Assembly (NCBI GenBank): GCA_965153455.1
Contig: OZ234493.1
Span: forward strand, 8,732,213 to 8,796,212
Direction: 5' to 3'
Length of the DNA stretch: 64,000 nucleotides
Source: Sphagnum compactum
Taxonomy: Eukaryota
The notes beneath the pieces were generated by a model that was not told where the DNA came from, searched no databases, and saw only the letters and a program-made list of their open reading frames with translations. Shown here piece after piece: positions 61,511-64,000 of the stretch (the stretch's first letter is position 1; the number at the start of each line of letters is the position of its first letter). The position numbers and the translations under genes were made by a program.

Positions 61511-64000
61511 ACTTCTTTTAATTATTTTTCATTGTTAATTTTAGTTTGCAAACTAGAATTATTTTCATACTTTTCTTCCCTTTATTATTCTTCCATATTT
61601 ATTTCATTCATGAATACTTCATGTCTCATTCCCACTATATAACTTTATTTTCATTTTCAAAGGACCCATCCATTTGTAATTTTCATAACAATATTATAAA
61701 AAATGGAAAATAATAAAACAACTAATTTTCTTAACAAAAATAATAAAAGATCTTAAAGAAAATCAAAATGTAAGCATGTACAAAGGAAAAATTACAATTA
61801 CAAAAAAGGGCCAAGTTTAGGGTTTAAGGTTTAGAAGAAAAATTCAATCACACTCACTTTTCTCCCTTCTCATGATGTGAAAAAAATGTAGAAGAATAGG
61901 TGAAATCCAATTGAATTTTGGTATGTTTCATGTAAATTGTCAAAGGTTTCAAAAATCTTGTAAATGAAAATCTTTCACACACACAAATAAAAAATTATAT
62001 TAATAAAGAAACAATAAACTAAAAAATACAAAAATGAACATATCAAAACATAAACACACCTGCATAATCAAACAAATAAACAAAACAAAGACACAAACAC
62101 AAATATAAAAAAAACTATCAACACAACTAAATACATAAACACATCAACAAACAAACATTCAAATAGAACGCAAACGCAACAAAGAAAAGAAAAACACACG
62201 CACACACAAACAATGTAAAAATATAATAAAATTACTAGCACAAGTGTGAATGTTGTTGAAGATTATGAGCTTTGAACTTCAAGCTTCCACACTTGCATGG
62301 AGACAAATTAGTCAGGGGGTGGGGGGAGGAGTACTAGGTAAAAATGCAAACTCAAAAAAAACACAACACAAAAATAGGTAAGTGGAAAAGCAAGTGGGAA
62401 CACTAGGTACTTGTGTGAATTGTCACTATTGGTGAAGCAATATGTGAAGGCACAATAATAGGTGAAACAATGTTGATGATAGGAGCATGTGGAACAAATG
62501 AGAACAACGAGATCAAATAGTGATGACGAGAATAAGTGTAGTAAGCAAGAGTGATGTGAACGAGCAATGATGGTTGGAGCAATCAAGAGCATGTGTGACA
62601 CATGATGAACCAACCAAGGTGTGGCAAGTTGGCCAACCAACATGCTACAAAGAAATAGAAAGATGAAGCTTGTAGGTGGGAAGAGAAGAAAAGGGTAGAG
62701 AAGAAAGAATGAAGGGAAGAGAAGGAAAAAGGAAGAAGAGAAGAGGAGGGAAGGAGAGTGAAAAAAAACAACAAGAAAGAATGAATCTTTGAGGACTTGC
62801 AAAACCAAGCACAAAGAATAGACAAAAAGCCTCACAAAAACGAAAGCAAGAAGCATTGATGCATCAACACTAAAATTTGTGAAAATGAATAATGGGGATA
62901 GAAATTGCTTGTGGGACCTTTTAGTTAGTCTTCAAGAAATAGAAGCTACAAGACAAGTGTTACACTAGGAAAGAAGTGGCACCACTAGGAAAGAAGAAAA
63001 ACCCTAAGGCTTTGGATGCTTGTAGAAACTAGACATCCTAATGTACTAGGTACATGGACCCCTTAGGCCTAGCCTAAAATTGAAGGCTGAAAACTTGACT
63101 CTTCTTACACCTTTTTACCCCATCTGGGTATCAACATTTTGAAAGCTATGAAAAAGATCTGAATCTCATGGTCCAAGAACAAGAAATATAATTGAGGATT
63201 TGGACATCAATTTGGGTATCAATAAGTTTGATACCTGTAGGTGTTTAATGCCTAATACTCAAGTGAGATACCTTAATGCCTTGATACTCTCAGGTGATAC
63301 CTGACACTCCTTTTGATACCCGCCCAACACTAGAGTTAAGACCTGGTGATCATTTTTATGCTCGGGAAAGTGAGGTGAGTGGCACATAAACTATTTTACT
63401 TGCAAGCAAAGTATGATGATACATTTGCTCAAAGCCCAAATCATGTGAAAACCCAAGTGAATTTCAAGGTTTGCCAGGCTTCCCATTTGAGTAAAATCTT
63501 GAGTAAAATTTCTCCACTCAGGTAGGTCACTTTGAGCTGCTCAAACTGTTGGCCCTGAACCGTCCCACTGGGTAAATTTGGTTGCTCATGGGAGGGAGGG
63601 AGGTTAGAGAGCATGTGAGCCCAGACCTGTCAACTTGGACTATGTGCCTACTCAGTCAGGCACATAGTAGGAGCTGAACTTTAATAATAATAATAATTCA
63701 CCTTCTCCCAACTCCAAAGTGAGAAAGACATGGATTTGGGCACTAAAGTCTCCCACCAAAAACAAAAGGATAGGGTGTTTTCACACTACATTCCTGGCCA
63801 AAAATGAAGTTAACCTTTTGTGGTATCAAAATCCTCAAAACCCAAAAAAAAACATTCACTTCTGATTTGCCCCAAATAAAAAGAACAAATAGAGAGAGGG
63901 GATGTAAGAAAAACAACAATTCATAGATGGATTTAATAGCAAGCAATGGATTTTTGCACACCAAAGGGGGGGAGCCAAAGGCTGAATTTTTATAAGGATT

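Noticed and set aside
62308-62856. 182-aa hydrophobic ORF
   Set aside because: F/S/L-rich translation of a purine-rich low-complexity repeat with no domain features.

Overview
AT-rich, intron-containing land-plant nuclear DNA. The repeat content and a flagellar radial-spoke gene suggest a bryophyte, probably a moss such as Sphagnum; this is inference only. Host genes: the 5' part of tripeptidyl peptidase II (minus strand, runs off the left edge, one GC-AG intron), a complete 4-exon class III peroxidase, a truncated SYP2-family syntaxin, and an RSPH1-like MORN-repeat gene with a 1-bp homopolymer frameshift. The centrepiece is a 15.7-kb Mutator-like element (20353-36021) with 37-bp TIRs and a perfect 10-bp TSD. 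It carries two convergent spliced genes: a DDE/SWIM transposase and a C2H2 zinc-finger accessory gene with a 12-aa tandem repeat. It also holds more than 30 copies of a GTATTGC(A) motif, an internal degenerate telomere array and GAGCTC-rich satellites. This layout recalls MuDR (mudrA/mudrB) and the VANDAL/VANC anti-silencing elements. A 221-bp solo-LTR-like element with a 5S-rRNA-derived core (Cassandra-like) lies upstream of the peroxidase. The rest is decayed Ty3/gypsy and hAT remnants, a MITE-like hairpin and minisatellites. All coordinates and counts were obtained by eye.
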